This document shows, piece after piece, positions 8,973 to 18,427 of a stretch of DNA of 64,000 nt; within the stretch, counting starts at the first letter, position 1; each line of letters begins with the position of its first letter. The position numbers were made by a program, and so were the translations under genes. This DNA is from a virus: IMG/VR virus record IMGVR_UViG_3300035698_020096, positions 16,174-80,173 of that record; one strand, written 5' to 3'. The notes beneath the pieces are model-generated. The model was not told the origin of the DNA and ran no database searches. It saw only the letters and a list, made by a program, of their open reading frames with translations.

Positions 8973-10004
8973 TTGACTCACCATAAAGATTTAATAACAA
9001 AGGATATTCATGCTCCCTATTCTTTCCTATATCAAACTTCATTTGAAAGAACTAATAGTATTGGGTTTACAAATGATGATATAGGAAAGTTAGCCCGTCA
9101 GCTAAGTGATGATTCTATATGGATATTAGTAGATACCAGTCCTAGTTGGTTAAAAGTATTAGTACAAGGGGATTCAACTACACCTATCGGAATAGCTGGA
9201 GGTCATCTTACAGGCTTATATCCTAATCCTACAGTTCTTCCAGACACCCATATTCATACCCCTGGTATTACCATTCCTCCTTATCCTGTAACATTACCTC
9301 CTTCTGGGCAAGCAGGTGGGGACTTATTAGGGGATTATCCTAATCCTCTTTTAAGTCCCACTGGAGTGATAGAAGGTTATTACACAGCTCCCACATTAAG
9401 AGTAGATACTAAAGGTAGGATAATACATATAGAATCTAATACTATAGGAGAAACTAATGAAGGTAATAACTTAGGCAATGGAGTAGGAATATATTCCCAT
9501 AAGTTAAACCATTTACTTAATTTCAAGACTTTAATATCTAATGGCACAGGTATTACATTAAGTTTCAGTCCTAATGAGATATTAATAGGCCAAGAAGGGT
9601 TAGCTAAATTAACTGGAGCGAGTTTCCTAGGCTTAGTTTCTACCCCTCAATTAGAAGTAGAAACATCTTTAGTAAATAAAGGTAGAACTACTTACACTGT
9701 ATTTCAACCTGGGCCTTCTATTAGTTGGGCCCCAAATCCAGACAAAGGTACTATTCAATATATAGAAGTAGGAGCCAACTTTCATATAAGCTCAGTTATT
9801 AACCCTCAACCTGGGACCATTCTTAAGTTATATATAAAACAAAGTTCTATTGGGGGGCATATAATCTCTTTCGATACAGAATATAAGTTTCCTTCGGGAA
9901 TGAATAATATACCTTCTTCAACTCCTAACTCTTTAAATCTATTAGAAGTGGATATATTGAGTACCAACTTCTATTCTTGTAGACTATATACTGATATTAA
10001 GTAA
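8973..10004 (+). CDS. Fibre-like virion protein
   Basis: GG(H/D)LxGxYPNP repeats, LRVDTKGRI, and one NLGNGVGIY...LNFKTL unit shared with the long fibres. TTG start preceded by AAAGGAGGT. Confidence 0.6.
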   Translation: MTHHKDLITKDIHAPYSFLYQTSFERTNSIGFTNDDIGKLARQLSDDSIWILVDTSPSWLKVLVQGDSTTPIGIAGGHLTGLYPNPTVLPDTHIHTPGITIPPYPVTLPPSGQAGGDLLGDYPNPLLSPTGVIEGYYTAPTLRVDTKGRIIHIESNTIGETNEGNNLGNGVGIYSHKLNHLLNFKTLISNGTGITLSFSPNEILIGQEGLAKLTGASFLGLVSTPQLEVETSLVNKGRTTYTVFQPGPSISWAPNPDKGTIQYIEVGANFHISSVINPQPGTILKLYIKQSSIGGHIISFDTEYKFPSGMNNIPSSTPNSLNLLEVDILSTNFYSCRLYTDIK

Positions 10005-10012
10005 TTCTATAC

Positions 10013-10453
10013 TTAATCCTTAAATCTATTAGATAGATAACTAGCCGCCCTTTTCTTATTTAGTAAAGTCCCCTTCAACATAAGGATATGTTTACAAGGC
10101 CCTCCTTTATTCCTACTTTTCCATTGATAGTTTCCACAAGAACACTGGTAGGGTTCAGTAGATATTTGATACTCATTGCCCTTGGGACTAATACAAAGAA
10201 ATCCATTAGGTATAGGGGCAATAAAATAACCTAGAGTAATCATTTCCCCATACATAAGAATATAAAACATATTCTCAGTGGTCTCCCATAGATGATTACT
10301 AATGTCGATAATTCTTTTTACCCCTGAATTATCCTTCCATACTAAATAAGGTGTATTATTCTCTATCTTTATTTCAACAGTGGATTTCTTATCTAACCTC
10401 ATTTCTTCTGTAAGGATAGATTTAAGTAAGAGATATTCAAATGTAAGATTCAT
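10013..10453 (-). CDS. SWIM zinc-finger protein
   Basis: YQCSC...GPCKHIL matches CxC-xn-CxH. Confidence 0.75.
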   Translation of the reverse strand: MNLTFEYLLLKSILTEEMRLDKKSTVEIKIENNTPYLVWKDNSGVKRIIDISNHLWETTENMFYILMYGEMITLGYFIAPIPNGFLCISPKGNEYQISTEPYQCSCGNYQWKSRNKGGPCKHILMLKGTLLNKKRAASYLSNRFKD

Positions 10454-10583
10454 AAAACTAGATACTTTAAATACTTAATGTCAATATTAGGGAATTAAAT
10501 TAGTTATTAGGGATACTTAAGATGTTCACATGTATAAATCATATATCCAATAAGCTAGGAAATAATCATATATAAATAAGAGC

Positions 10584-12059
10584 ATGTTTCCTAAAAGTCA
10601 CGTATTGTCTCAGAGTGGAGGTGTACTAAAAGTACCTCTAGCTAAATTAGGTAAATGGTTTCATAAAGCATATGGAGTAGTAGAGTTCACAAGAGAAGAC
10701 TTTAAAACTATCATTGATAACTTTAGAGATAATCTCTTAGGCCATAAGCCTTATCTAACCTTCGGTCATCTGCAAGAGGATTTCTCAGTTGACTCACATA
10801 AGAAGAAAGGGGATATGATAGGGTTTGCTGAAGAAACTGATACTCTTTATGGGTTATTCAAGGCCACTGAGGACGCTTATAAGAGTGTACAGTCAGGAGA
10901 ATATGAATTCTCTTCTGGAGAGTTCATAAGAAACTATTTAGATAAGGATTCAGGTGAAACTAAAGGTACCCTTGTTTTAAGAGTTGCTTTAACCAACTCT
11001 CCTTTTATTCCCAATCTAGATAGAGTTCAAGCCTTCTCTCAATCTGAGAAAGAAGAGTCTACCCAAGTATTTACCATGAAGATTGATATGACAGAAGAAA
11101 CCAGTAATAATACAAACCCCAATGTTCCCAATACTGAAGCAGTACCTACTGAACAGAAGATGGATAAAGACTTCGTGGAACAAGTTGATAAAGTTGAAGA
11201 TCCGCTCACTAAGGATGTAGTCTCTGATACTAATCTAGATAATGATAAAGTAACTCCTCATGTAGATGTTAAAGATGAGCCTACAGTCGTTACTCCTGAG
11301 GTATTAAACTCACCTCAAGCTCCTGTTTCCCCGGTTACTGCTAAAGAAAAATCAGTTGTACCTACAGCGGAAAGTCTGTCTGTAGCTTCTACAGAAACTG
11401 AGGATAATAAACAATCAGATGAATCATTAAGCAATCCATCCTCCATTAAAACTCCTGCACCAAATATGAATACAGCTGCTCCCGTTGCCCCTTCCCCGGT
11501 ACTTAATGTACAACAAGGTTTATCTCAATCTCATCTAGATATTGATACTCTTGTTGGAGATATCACTAATAAGCTAGAGAAGCGTTATGAACGTACAGTT
11601 AATGAGTTATCTACTTTAGTTAAAGATTTACAAACTCAATTAGTTGCTAAGCAACAAGACCTAGAGAAAGTAAAGACTGTTACTCAAGCCCAAGCTTTCT
11701 CCTTATCTCAAGCTCAGCAACAAGTACTTACTGCCCAAGAAAAGGTTACTGCAGAATATTTAATGGGAGAAGGAGTATCTCCTGCTCTTATTCAACGATT
11801 CTCTCAAGTTAGAGAAGCTATCATTAGTAATTCTCAAGTAATCCGTTTATCTGATAGTGAAGGTCAAAATGAAAGAGAAATTTCTGTAATTCAAGCTCTT
11901 AGTGATTTAATTGTAGATGCAACTAATACTCCTGCTATCAACTTAAGTCAAGAAGGTACTTCTTACTATCGTCGTCATGATTCTAATGGATTACTAACTA
12001 TTGCAGAAAAGACCATTAGAGAGAATCGTCAAAGAGCTCAACAAATGAGTAAGAAATAA
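10584..12059 (+). CDS. Prohead protease/scaffold fusion (Mu gpI-like)
   Basis: G+W.H...FT, YEFSSGEF and VALTNSPFI motifs, then an acidic Pro-rich linker and coiled coil; directly upstream of the capsid gene. Confidence 0.8.
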   Translation: MFPKSHVLSQSGGVLKVPLAKLGKWFHKAYGVVEFTREDFKTIIDNFRDNLLGHKPYLTFGHLQEDFSVDSHKKKGDMIGFAEETDTLYGLFKATEDAYKSVQSGEYEFSSGEFIRNYLDKDSGETKGTLVLRVALTNSPFIPNLDRVQAFSQSEKEESTQVFTMKIDMTEETSNNTNPNVPNTEAVPTEQKMDKDFVEQVDKVEDPLTKDVVSDTNLDNDKVTPHVDVKDEPTVVTPEVLNSPQAPVSPVTAKEKSVVPTAESLSVASTETEDNKQSDESLSNPSSIKTPAPNMNTAAPVAPSPVLNVQQGLSQSHLDIDTLVGDITNKLEKRYERTVNELSTLVKDLQTQLVAKQQDLEKVKTVTQAQAFSLSQAQQQVLTAQEKVTAEYLMGEGVSPALIQRFSQVREAIISNSQVIRLSDSEGQNEREISVIQALSDLIVDATNTPAINLSQEGTSYYRRHDSNGLLTIAEKTIRENRQRAQQMSKK

Positions 12060-12237
12060 TATTAAGAATAATAGTTAACTTATTATCATTTAATCTTTAA
12101 TATTCTTAAAGTAATAATTAATAAGTTTTATATCTTACTTACTACTTGAATTCCCCTTTAAGTAACTATACTTATAAGTGCTTATTAGGACCCATTGATA
12201 TTTACCAATAATCTTTATATAAAAGTTAATTACGAAT

Positions 12238-13518
12238 ATGCCTATTTCACAAGTACCGAATAACACCAACTTTTCTCCAAACATTACACCTTGGACTTAT
12301 ACCAAGACTGATGGTTTACCGGGAGAAAGAGTATATACAGAATTAGCTCGTTCATTTGTTCCTCTTGTAGGTAATTCTCCTTTAACTGAAATCTTTCCTG
12401 AAGAAGTAATTCCAGAACGAACAGTTATTATCCATCGTTCATTCGAAGCAGCCGCAGGTATCTTTCCTTTAGTTGACTGGGGTAAACCTGATGTAGTCTT
12501 AGGTACTGGTAATGCTGGTGCTATGGCTACTCAAATGATTCAGCCTCTAGTAATTCGACGTACCGCTGCTATATCTTATGGTGAATTAGGTATTCGAGTT
12601 CGTCCTGGTACAGCTAATGAACCCTATAGCCCTCAAGAGCAAATCAATAATGTTATCGAAAACATGGTTCGTGAGCATAACTTAACTTGGGATGTATTCC
12701 GAGCTATGATACTTCTCGGTGGTATCAACTACACTGACCCTCGTACTGGTGCATCTGTTCAAGTAGATGCTCAAATTCCTGCTCATAACTTCTGGGGATG
12801 GAATGTTTCATCTGGTTATAAAGGACGTCCAGAGAATCTTCTATTCTTAAATCTAATGGATAACAACAGCGTAGACGCCACCAGCGCTGGTACTCCTTGG
12901 ACTGACCCTAATGCAGATATTCTAGGAACTATCATGAAGTTCTCTAGTTGGTTTAAAAGCACCAATAAATCTCGTATTACAGCAATGTATATGAGTCCTC
13001 ATTTAGCTCACGTGCTTAGCTTTAACAATCAGGTTAAGATGAGTCGTGGAGCAACTGTCTTTGGTTTAGGTTCTCAACCTATCGTTCCTAACGGTCCTGA
13101 CCCTAGTGTTGAAGGTATGTTTACAATGGCTCAAGAAGGTTTATCTAGTATTGCTGGTATTCCTATTCGTATAGTTGAGACCTCTTATAGAGACCCAGTT
13201 ACCGGTATTTATAAACTCGTATGGCCTAAAAATAAGGTTGTATTCGTATCTGAACTTGGTCCTAACGGTGATTCACAAATGCCGGGTCGTACTCAATTCT
13301 GTGTATCTGAAGAAATGGGTAATACCCCCGGTCTATGGGTGCGTACACAAGACAATACTCAGCCTCCTGCACCTCCAGGAATGTATATTCAAATGGGTAA
13401 TGCCGGTATGCCTTACTTAAAGAATCCATTTAGTGTTGCTCACATGACCGTCGCTAAAGTTAACGATATTAATAAACGAATGGGTGTAGTTGGAGATATG
13501 GGCTTCGGTGTTCTTTAA
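12238..13518 (+). CDS. Major capsid protein (HK97 fold, capsid E-like)
   Basis: Position after protease/scaffold, 426 aa, WTDPNADILG motif, biased codons (many CGT/GGT). Confidence 0.8.
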   Translation: MPISQVPNNTNFSPNITPWTYTKTDGLPGERVYTELARSFVPLVGNSPLTEIFPEEVIPERTVIIHRSFEAAAGIFPLVDWGKPDVVLGTGNAGAMATQMIQPLVIRRTAAISYGELGIRVRPGTANEPYSPQEQINNVIENMVREHNLTWDVFRAMILLGGINYTDPRTGASVQVDAQIPAHNFWGWNVSSGYKGRPENLLFLNLMDNNSVDATSAGTPWTDPNADILGTIMKFSSWFKSTNKSRITAMYMSPHLAHVLSFNNQVKMSRGATVFGLGSQPIVPNGPDPSVEGMFTMAQEGLSSIAGIPIRIVETSYRDPVTGIYKLVWPKNKVVFVSELGPNGDSQMPGRTQFCVSEEMGNTPGLWVRTQDNTQPPAPPGMYIQMGNAGMPYLKNPFSVAHMTVAKVNDINKRMGVVGDMGFGVL

Positions 13519-13691
13519 GTAGATATTAGATATCTCCAATAATTAAGAAAGAATAACTTTGAGAAATAGTTCTAAAGCCTTCCTATTTATAAAGATGTCT
13601 ATAGTTCTATTACTGGTTAGGACCTCTTTTTACTCCTAGTACCTTACTTCCTATAACCCCATTGTCAAACTCTATTATTGAATAAAACAAT

Positions 13692-15206
13692 ATGCCATCT
13701 TTATCAACTGGTTTTATCAACTCAAACCAAATCTTAGCAGGTGCTCGTAGACTCGGTACTATCATGCCTTATGTAGTAGCAGGTGTTTTACAACAACCCC
13801 GTTTTGTACTTCATGATACCGCTACTTTGACCGCAGCTATGGCTGACTATGCTACATGGTTAGCTTCAGCTACTACTTCGGCTGCTCCTCATATCATCTC
13901 TTTAGTTGGGGGTAGTATTGAGTTTGCAGGTAATGTATTTCCTCTAGATACCGGTCCGGGTTCAGGAGCTAATACCTCTGGTAACGTTAATATTGACCTC
14001 GATTATCTATTCTCTCAGCTATGTGTTAATACTGGTGGAGCTCCGGAGTATATACTAGCTGCGGTTCCTCGTTATAACGAACCGATGAGTCAAGCTGAAG
14101 CAGAGGAAATGGGTCTTAACTATTACCTATCCCTTACTGCATCAGGTGAATTTGTAGCCCGTAAGTTCATGGATCCTAAGTGTGCTGCCAACCTTTGTGA
14201 AGTAGGGGGCTGGATGCAGTTAAAACAGCGTATCATTGATGGTTGTGCTTCTTGCGAAGATTACGAATTATTTAATAGCTGCAATGACGATAATTTGTGC
14301 GAACCCTCAATGCTATGTATTCGAGGTGTAGCTTTTATCCTTGTTGAGATTCAACATGTAGGTAATTGCTGCAACCCCTTAGGTAATTACACCAAGTGCG
14401 AATTCGAGAAGCTTAAAGCTACCGTATTCAACCTTGATTCTATCCGTCTATCTCCCGACCCTGTAGCTAACACAGCTGGAACTGATGTTGGATCTACCGA
14501 CCCTGACATATATACTCTTAATGAGTTCTTTGGTTCAGTAGCAGTACCAACTCCATTCCCCTTAGATACAACTGGAGTTGGAGGTACTAATAGTTCCTTC
14601 TACGGTGTCCCTTCTGTGGGTACAGATTATGGAGATGCTAATGGTCCTGGTACTCAACTATGGAAGATCAGTTCTATTACTTTCTATCCCACTTTAGATG
14701 AAGCTCTAAACTGTGGTCAAGGTAGAACTCTTCAATCTCCTGATAGTATGGCAGAGGTTAGAGCTTTCCTTGCTAAGCTTACTTATGAGAATCCAGATGC
14801 TAATCCTTGCGACCCAAATCCATGTGGTCTTGGATGGGATGAAGCAGAGATTCGTCTAGTAGCCAGGGAATATGACTTAAGCTGCTGCACTCAACCTCAA
14901 GCGGATCAAGGTAACTTCCCTCAGATTCGTCGATTTATCACTAAGAGAGATGCAGTAGGTACTCCTTGGTTAGGTCGAGTCAATCCTATTTATAGTGACC
15001 AAGCTGCTATGTCACCTCGACTAGGTATAACAAGTCCTTCCTTTGGTATGCACTTATACGCTAATCCCGTAGCCCTACTTAAATTCTCTATTATGACGAA
15101 AGTAGACCCATTGGCTCCGGCTATTGATGGTGTATCTGACCCGCAAGCTAATGTTATTATTGACCCTGATTCCTTACAAATAGTACCTGGTTCTTTTCTA
15201 GGTTAG
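13692..15206 (+). CDS. Cys-rich second head/decoration protein
   Basis: Follows the capsid gene with similar codon bias; 16 Cys including two CC pairs. Function inferred from position. Confidence 0.55.
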   Translation: MPSLSTGFINSNQILAGARRLGTIMPYVVAGVLQQPRFVLHDTATLTAAMADYATWLASATTSAAPHIISLVGGSIEFAGNVFPLDTGPGSGANTSGNVNIDLDYLFSQLCVNTGGAPEYILAAVPRYNEPMSQAEAEEMGLNYYLSLTASGEFVARKFMDPKCAANLCEVGGWMQLKQRIIDGCASCEDYELFNSCNDDNLCEPSMLCIRGVAFILVEIQHVGNCCNPLGNYTKCEFEKLKATVFNLDSIRLSPDPVANTAGTDVGSTDPDIYTLNEFFGSVAVPTPFPLDTTGVGGTNSSFYGVPSVGTDYGDANGPGTQLWKISSITFYPTLDEALNCGQGRTLQSPDSMAEVRAFLAKLTYENPDANPCDPNPCGLGWDEAEIRLVAREYDLSCCTQPQADQGNFPQIRRFITKRDAVGTPWLGRVNPIYSDQAAMSPRLGITSPSFGMHLYANPVALLKFSIMTKVDPLAPAIDGVSDPQANVIIDPDSLQIVPGSFLG

Positions 15207-15221
15207 AACTACTAATATACA

Positions 15222-15248
15222 GAAAGGATGTATCTAATACATCCTTTC
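15222..15248 (+). terminator. Perfect hairpin (terminator or processing site)
   Basis: GAAAGGATGTAT-CTA-ATACATCCTTTC, 12-bp stem. Confidence 0.55.
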
Positions 15249-15285
15249 CATTCACACATCAAATTACTTCAAATAGAACATTCTT

Positions 15286-15927
15286 ATGGTAAAGATATTT
15301 ATAAATGCTCCATTTACTTATATATTTCAAGGTAGAAGAAAGACCGTTGGTAGTGGTCAAGAATTAGTATTTGATATATCTAAACCTTCACATAGAGAAG
15401 AGTTAAGGTTTCTTTTATCTCCTACTTTTGGATTTAGAAAGTTCATTAGAGCTGATGACAATATAATCCGTATTCTTAATTCAAATAATTATGATGAAGA
15501 CGAGTTATCGATTAGACATCTAGCTGTAACTGAAAGTCCTGCATCCTTCACTCAACCAGCTCAAGAACCAGAAGAGAATCCTTTTGTACCTCAATATAAA
15601 CAAGAGCCAGAGGTATCTAATCCTGTAGTTCCTATAGAAGAACCGGTTTATGTAGAAGAATTAAAGTCAGAGAATGAAGTTCAAGAAGCAGTCATATCAA
15701 CTAATGAATCTAATCCAGTTGTTGAGTCTTCTATACCTGAAGATTACAATCTAAATGAGGAAGTAGAGAAAAGATATGAGGAATTAAATGCTACTCATTG
15801 GTCCAAGGTAAAAACAATGGTGGAAGGTAAGGGTGTGGAGTACACCAATAAACAGGAAGTTATAGAAGCTTTAATTGTATCGGAATTTAATATATCTAAG
15901 GAAACCCTAAGTGGAATACTAGCTTAG
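15286..15927 (+). CDS. Head-associated protein with an N-terminal domain shared with both long fibres
   Basis: N-terminal ~55 aa align by eye with ORFs 52168 and 54669; acidic Glu/Pro linker; small helical C-terminal domain. Confidence 0.55.
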   Translation: MVKIFINAPFTYIFQGRRKTVGSGQELVFDISKPSHREELRFLLSPTFGFRKFIRADDNIIRILNSNNYDEDELSIRHLAVTESPASFTQPAQEPEENPFVPQYKQEPEVSNPVVPIEEPVYVEELKSENEVQEAVISTNESNPVVESSIPEDYNLNEEVEKRYEELNATHWSKVKTMVEGKGVEYTNKQEVIEALIVSEFNISKETLSGILA

Positions 15928-15955
15928 ATACAGGCTCTTCTTATAGCAGGTTTAC

Positions 15956-17623
15956 ATGAATGAATTAAATACTGAACTAAATAACTATATAAACTTAATA
16001 GTTAATACTGACAAATTCATCAATGCAGTAAGAAGAGCCTCTGTCACCCTAAACGACAGAGGCTCTATTTCTGACGAGGTGATTAAGGAAACAACTATAT
16101 ATGACTCCTTTCCTCGAATTGTATTAAGAGTAGCTACAGCTAAGACAAAAGAAGGATTGCCTGTATTTAAAGGTATTGGGTATGGTAATGATTATGCAGA
16201 CCAAGAACGAGAAGTATATAGAGTTATATCTCAAGAGCCCTTTAGTTCAGGGCTAACACGAGTAGCCTCTAGTCTTACTGCTGCCAAGTTAATTAGAAGT
16301 ATTCCTCTTAACACAGACATAAAGTTTCTAGATTCATCTAAGTTTATTGAAGAGCAGGCTATAGACGACCTTGATAGTTTGATAGGGATACTAGTTGATA
16401 ACCCCGAACTTATTGAAAGTCTTATTAAAGAAACTCAGTCCTCTAGCTTCTTCTTCGCTCAGGAAATAGACCTAGCTACTATACCCCCCTACGCCTTTGA
16501 CCGAGTAACAGGTATAGTAGCTAGATTAGATAGTGCTGACTTATATCGTAATGTAAAGATACCTACTAATACTATTGCTGAAATACATATATCTATATCT
16601 AATGCAATTGATATTAAAGAATTAAGATTACCTATTACAGATGGAGAAGATATATCGGATATAGTCAGTAAAATAGCAAATATTATTAATGAAGCTCTCA
16701 TATCTCTAGATGCTAATCTTATAGCTTCTGTAACTATTAATCCTCCTATTAAAACCCCTCTTAAATATTCAAAGAGAGAATTATATGGAGACCTAAATAA
16801 TGGGAATAAAGAGCTTATGTTTACTATTTATCCTACTATTCATAGAATTCAAATAGCAGCTAAGAGTCCAACCATAGAAACAGAGAGACAGTTAATATCT
16901 ATTAGTTCTGTCACAAGAAGTATAGAAGGGGTTGTAATTGGAGGTATTACAGGACTAGTATATAGTACCACTAGTAACTATAAGAATCTAACTAATAAAG
17001 GTCATCATTCCCTACTTGTTGATACCACTCGTATAGCTGTAAAGGATATATCCTCTACCAATAAGATAGACCCTTTAGATATAGATAGCTTTCACTTTAG
17101 ATTAAAGGATGGATATACAAGTACCCAGCCAGGTAGATTCCATGTTCGTATTAGTAATCTACCTGATAGTTCTTATCCTACTGAATGGTATATAGATTTA
17201 CCTAGTTCTCAACCTCATATTATAACTAGCTTAATACATGATTCCTTTTATGAAAGAAGATTAGGTAATCAAGTAGTTACTAGTATGGGTTCCATTAGTA
17301 CCTTGCAAATAATAGCATTTGTTTTATGTCCTAAAGAGATAAAGATAGTAGTTGACCTCTTAGATATACCTGAAGGTCTAGAAGTGGCCACTGGCTCTTT
17401 AACTCAAGTACTTACTAGTTATAGTCAATACTCTAGGTCAGTAACAGTTAAGTCTCAATTAGACTATGTTAACTACGCTAGGTCTACTAATCCTAAACAA
17501 GACCCTGTAGGTATTGGAGGTAAGGTTCCTCCTAGATATTCAGCTATATATCAAGACTTACAAGGTAAGTTAGCTAAGTTAAACAGGTGCAGTGTTCCCT
17601 TCATTAGAGGTCCTATATGTTAG
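15956..17623 (+). CDS. Putative head-tail adaptor/neck protein with C-terminal extension
   Basis: Helical N-terminus (LTRVASSLTAAKL...EQAIDDLDSL) resembling Mu gp36-type adaptors; lies between head and sheath genes. Confidence 0.45.
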   Translation: MNELNTELNNYINLIVNTDKFINAVRRASVTLNDRGSISDEVIKETTIYDSFPRIVLRVATAKTKEGLPVFKGIGYGNDYADQEREVYRVISQEPFSSGLTRVASSLTAAKLIRSIPLNTDIKFLDSSKFIEEQAIDDLDSLIGILVDNPELIESLIKETQSSSFFFAQEIDLATIPPYAFDRVTGIVARLDSADLYRNVKIPTNTIAEIHISISNAIDIKELRLPITDGEDISDIVSKIANIINEALISLDANLIASVTINPPIKTPLKYSKRELYGDLNNGNKELMFTIYPTIHRIQIAAKSPTIETERQLISISSVTRSIEGVVIGGITGLVYSTTSNYKNLTNKGHHSLLVDTTRIAVKDISSTNKIDPLDIDSFHFRLKDGYTSTQPGRFHVRISNLPDSSYPTEWYIDLPSSQPHIITSLIHDSFYERRLGNQVVTSMGSISTLQIIAFVLCPKEIKIVVDLLDIPEGLEVATGSLTQVLTSYSQYSRSVTVKSQLDYVNYARSTNPKQDPVGIGGKVPPRYSAIYQDLQGKLAKLNRCSVPFIRGPIC

Positions 17624-18342
17624 ATAGTTTTCCAGTAGGTCCTCCTTTACCTTCTATTAATTACTTTATAAAATTCATATTAAAGAAGATAACCACGCAT
17701 CCGCTTATTATCAATCCACCTATTAGACACCCTCTAACTAATGAAAGAGTGTTTATCGATAGATGGAGAACTTACTCAGGCATAGAGTTTGGGTCAGGTA
17801 TTACATGTGCAATCTTTCCTCATTCCACGCCGACAGATGGGCTTTCTCTACCTAAACCAGGTGAAACTTCTAACTCTGTACTATTTGAAGAAAGTGATTT
17901 AGGTAGTGATTATGACCATGCTATTTATCATGTAGCTCTTAAGTTACATATGAATGAGTATAAATTAGGGAATAAGGAAGATGACTTAGACCTAATAACT
18001 GTGCCTATAGATGCAGCTATTCATCCATCTCAACAAGGATTTGAAAGTAATCAAACTAGAGAGATTGATATAGAAATTAACCCAGGGCTTATGGTTATAT
18101 CTGACTTTCTTGAACTTATAAGATTAGCAATATTAGATAAAGCTCATCCAGTTAATCTACCTTTAATTCCTCGTAGTATTCAAGTATTGTACTTCAATAT
18201 CAAAGAAGGTCCTTGGGAGAAAGATAAGCATATATATTTTCAAGAAGGAGAGATGTTAATCCGTATAGATTTAAAAGTATCTAAAGGATGGAGAGATAAA
18301 TTCAACACTGGTATCCAACGCTTAGATATTAATATTAATTGA
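17617..18342 (+). CDS. Putative tail completion/terminator protein
   Basis: Position immediately before the sheath; no diagnostic motif. Confidence 0.4.
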   Translation: MLDSFPVGPPLPSINYFIKFILKKITTHPLIINPPIRHPLTNERVFIDRWRTYSGIEFGSGITCAIFPHSTPTDGLSLPKPGETSNSVLFEESDLGSDYDHAIYHVALKLHMNEYKLGNKEDDLDLITVPIDAAIHPSQQGFESNQTREIDIEINPGLMVISDFLELIRLAILDKAHPVNLPLIPRSIQVLYFNIKEGPWEKDKHIYFQEGEMLIRIDLKVSKGWRDKFNTGIQRLDININ

Positions 18343-18427
18343 GACTAATATCGAGAATAATATTTATAACTACTAAGAACCCTTTATATACAGGTATCTT
18401 AAGCATAATTACATAGGTAAGAAATAT

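Noticed and set aside
10571-10578. TATAAATA as a T4-type late promoter
   Set aside because: Only 5 nt from the start codon, not seen repeated before other structural genes, and expected by chance in AT-rich DNA.
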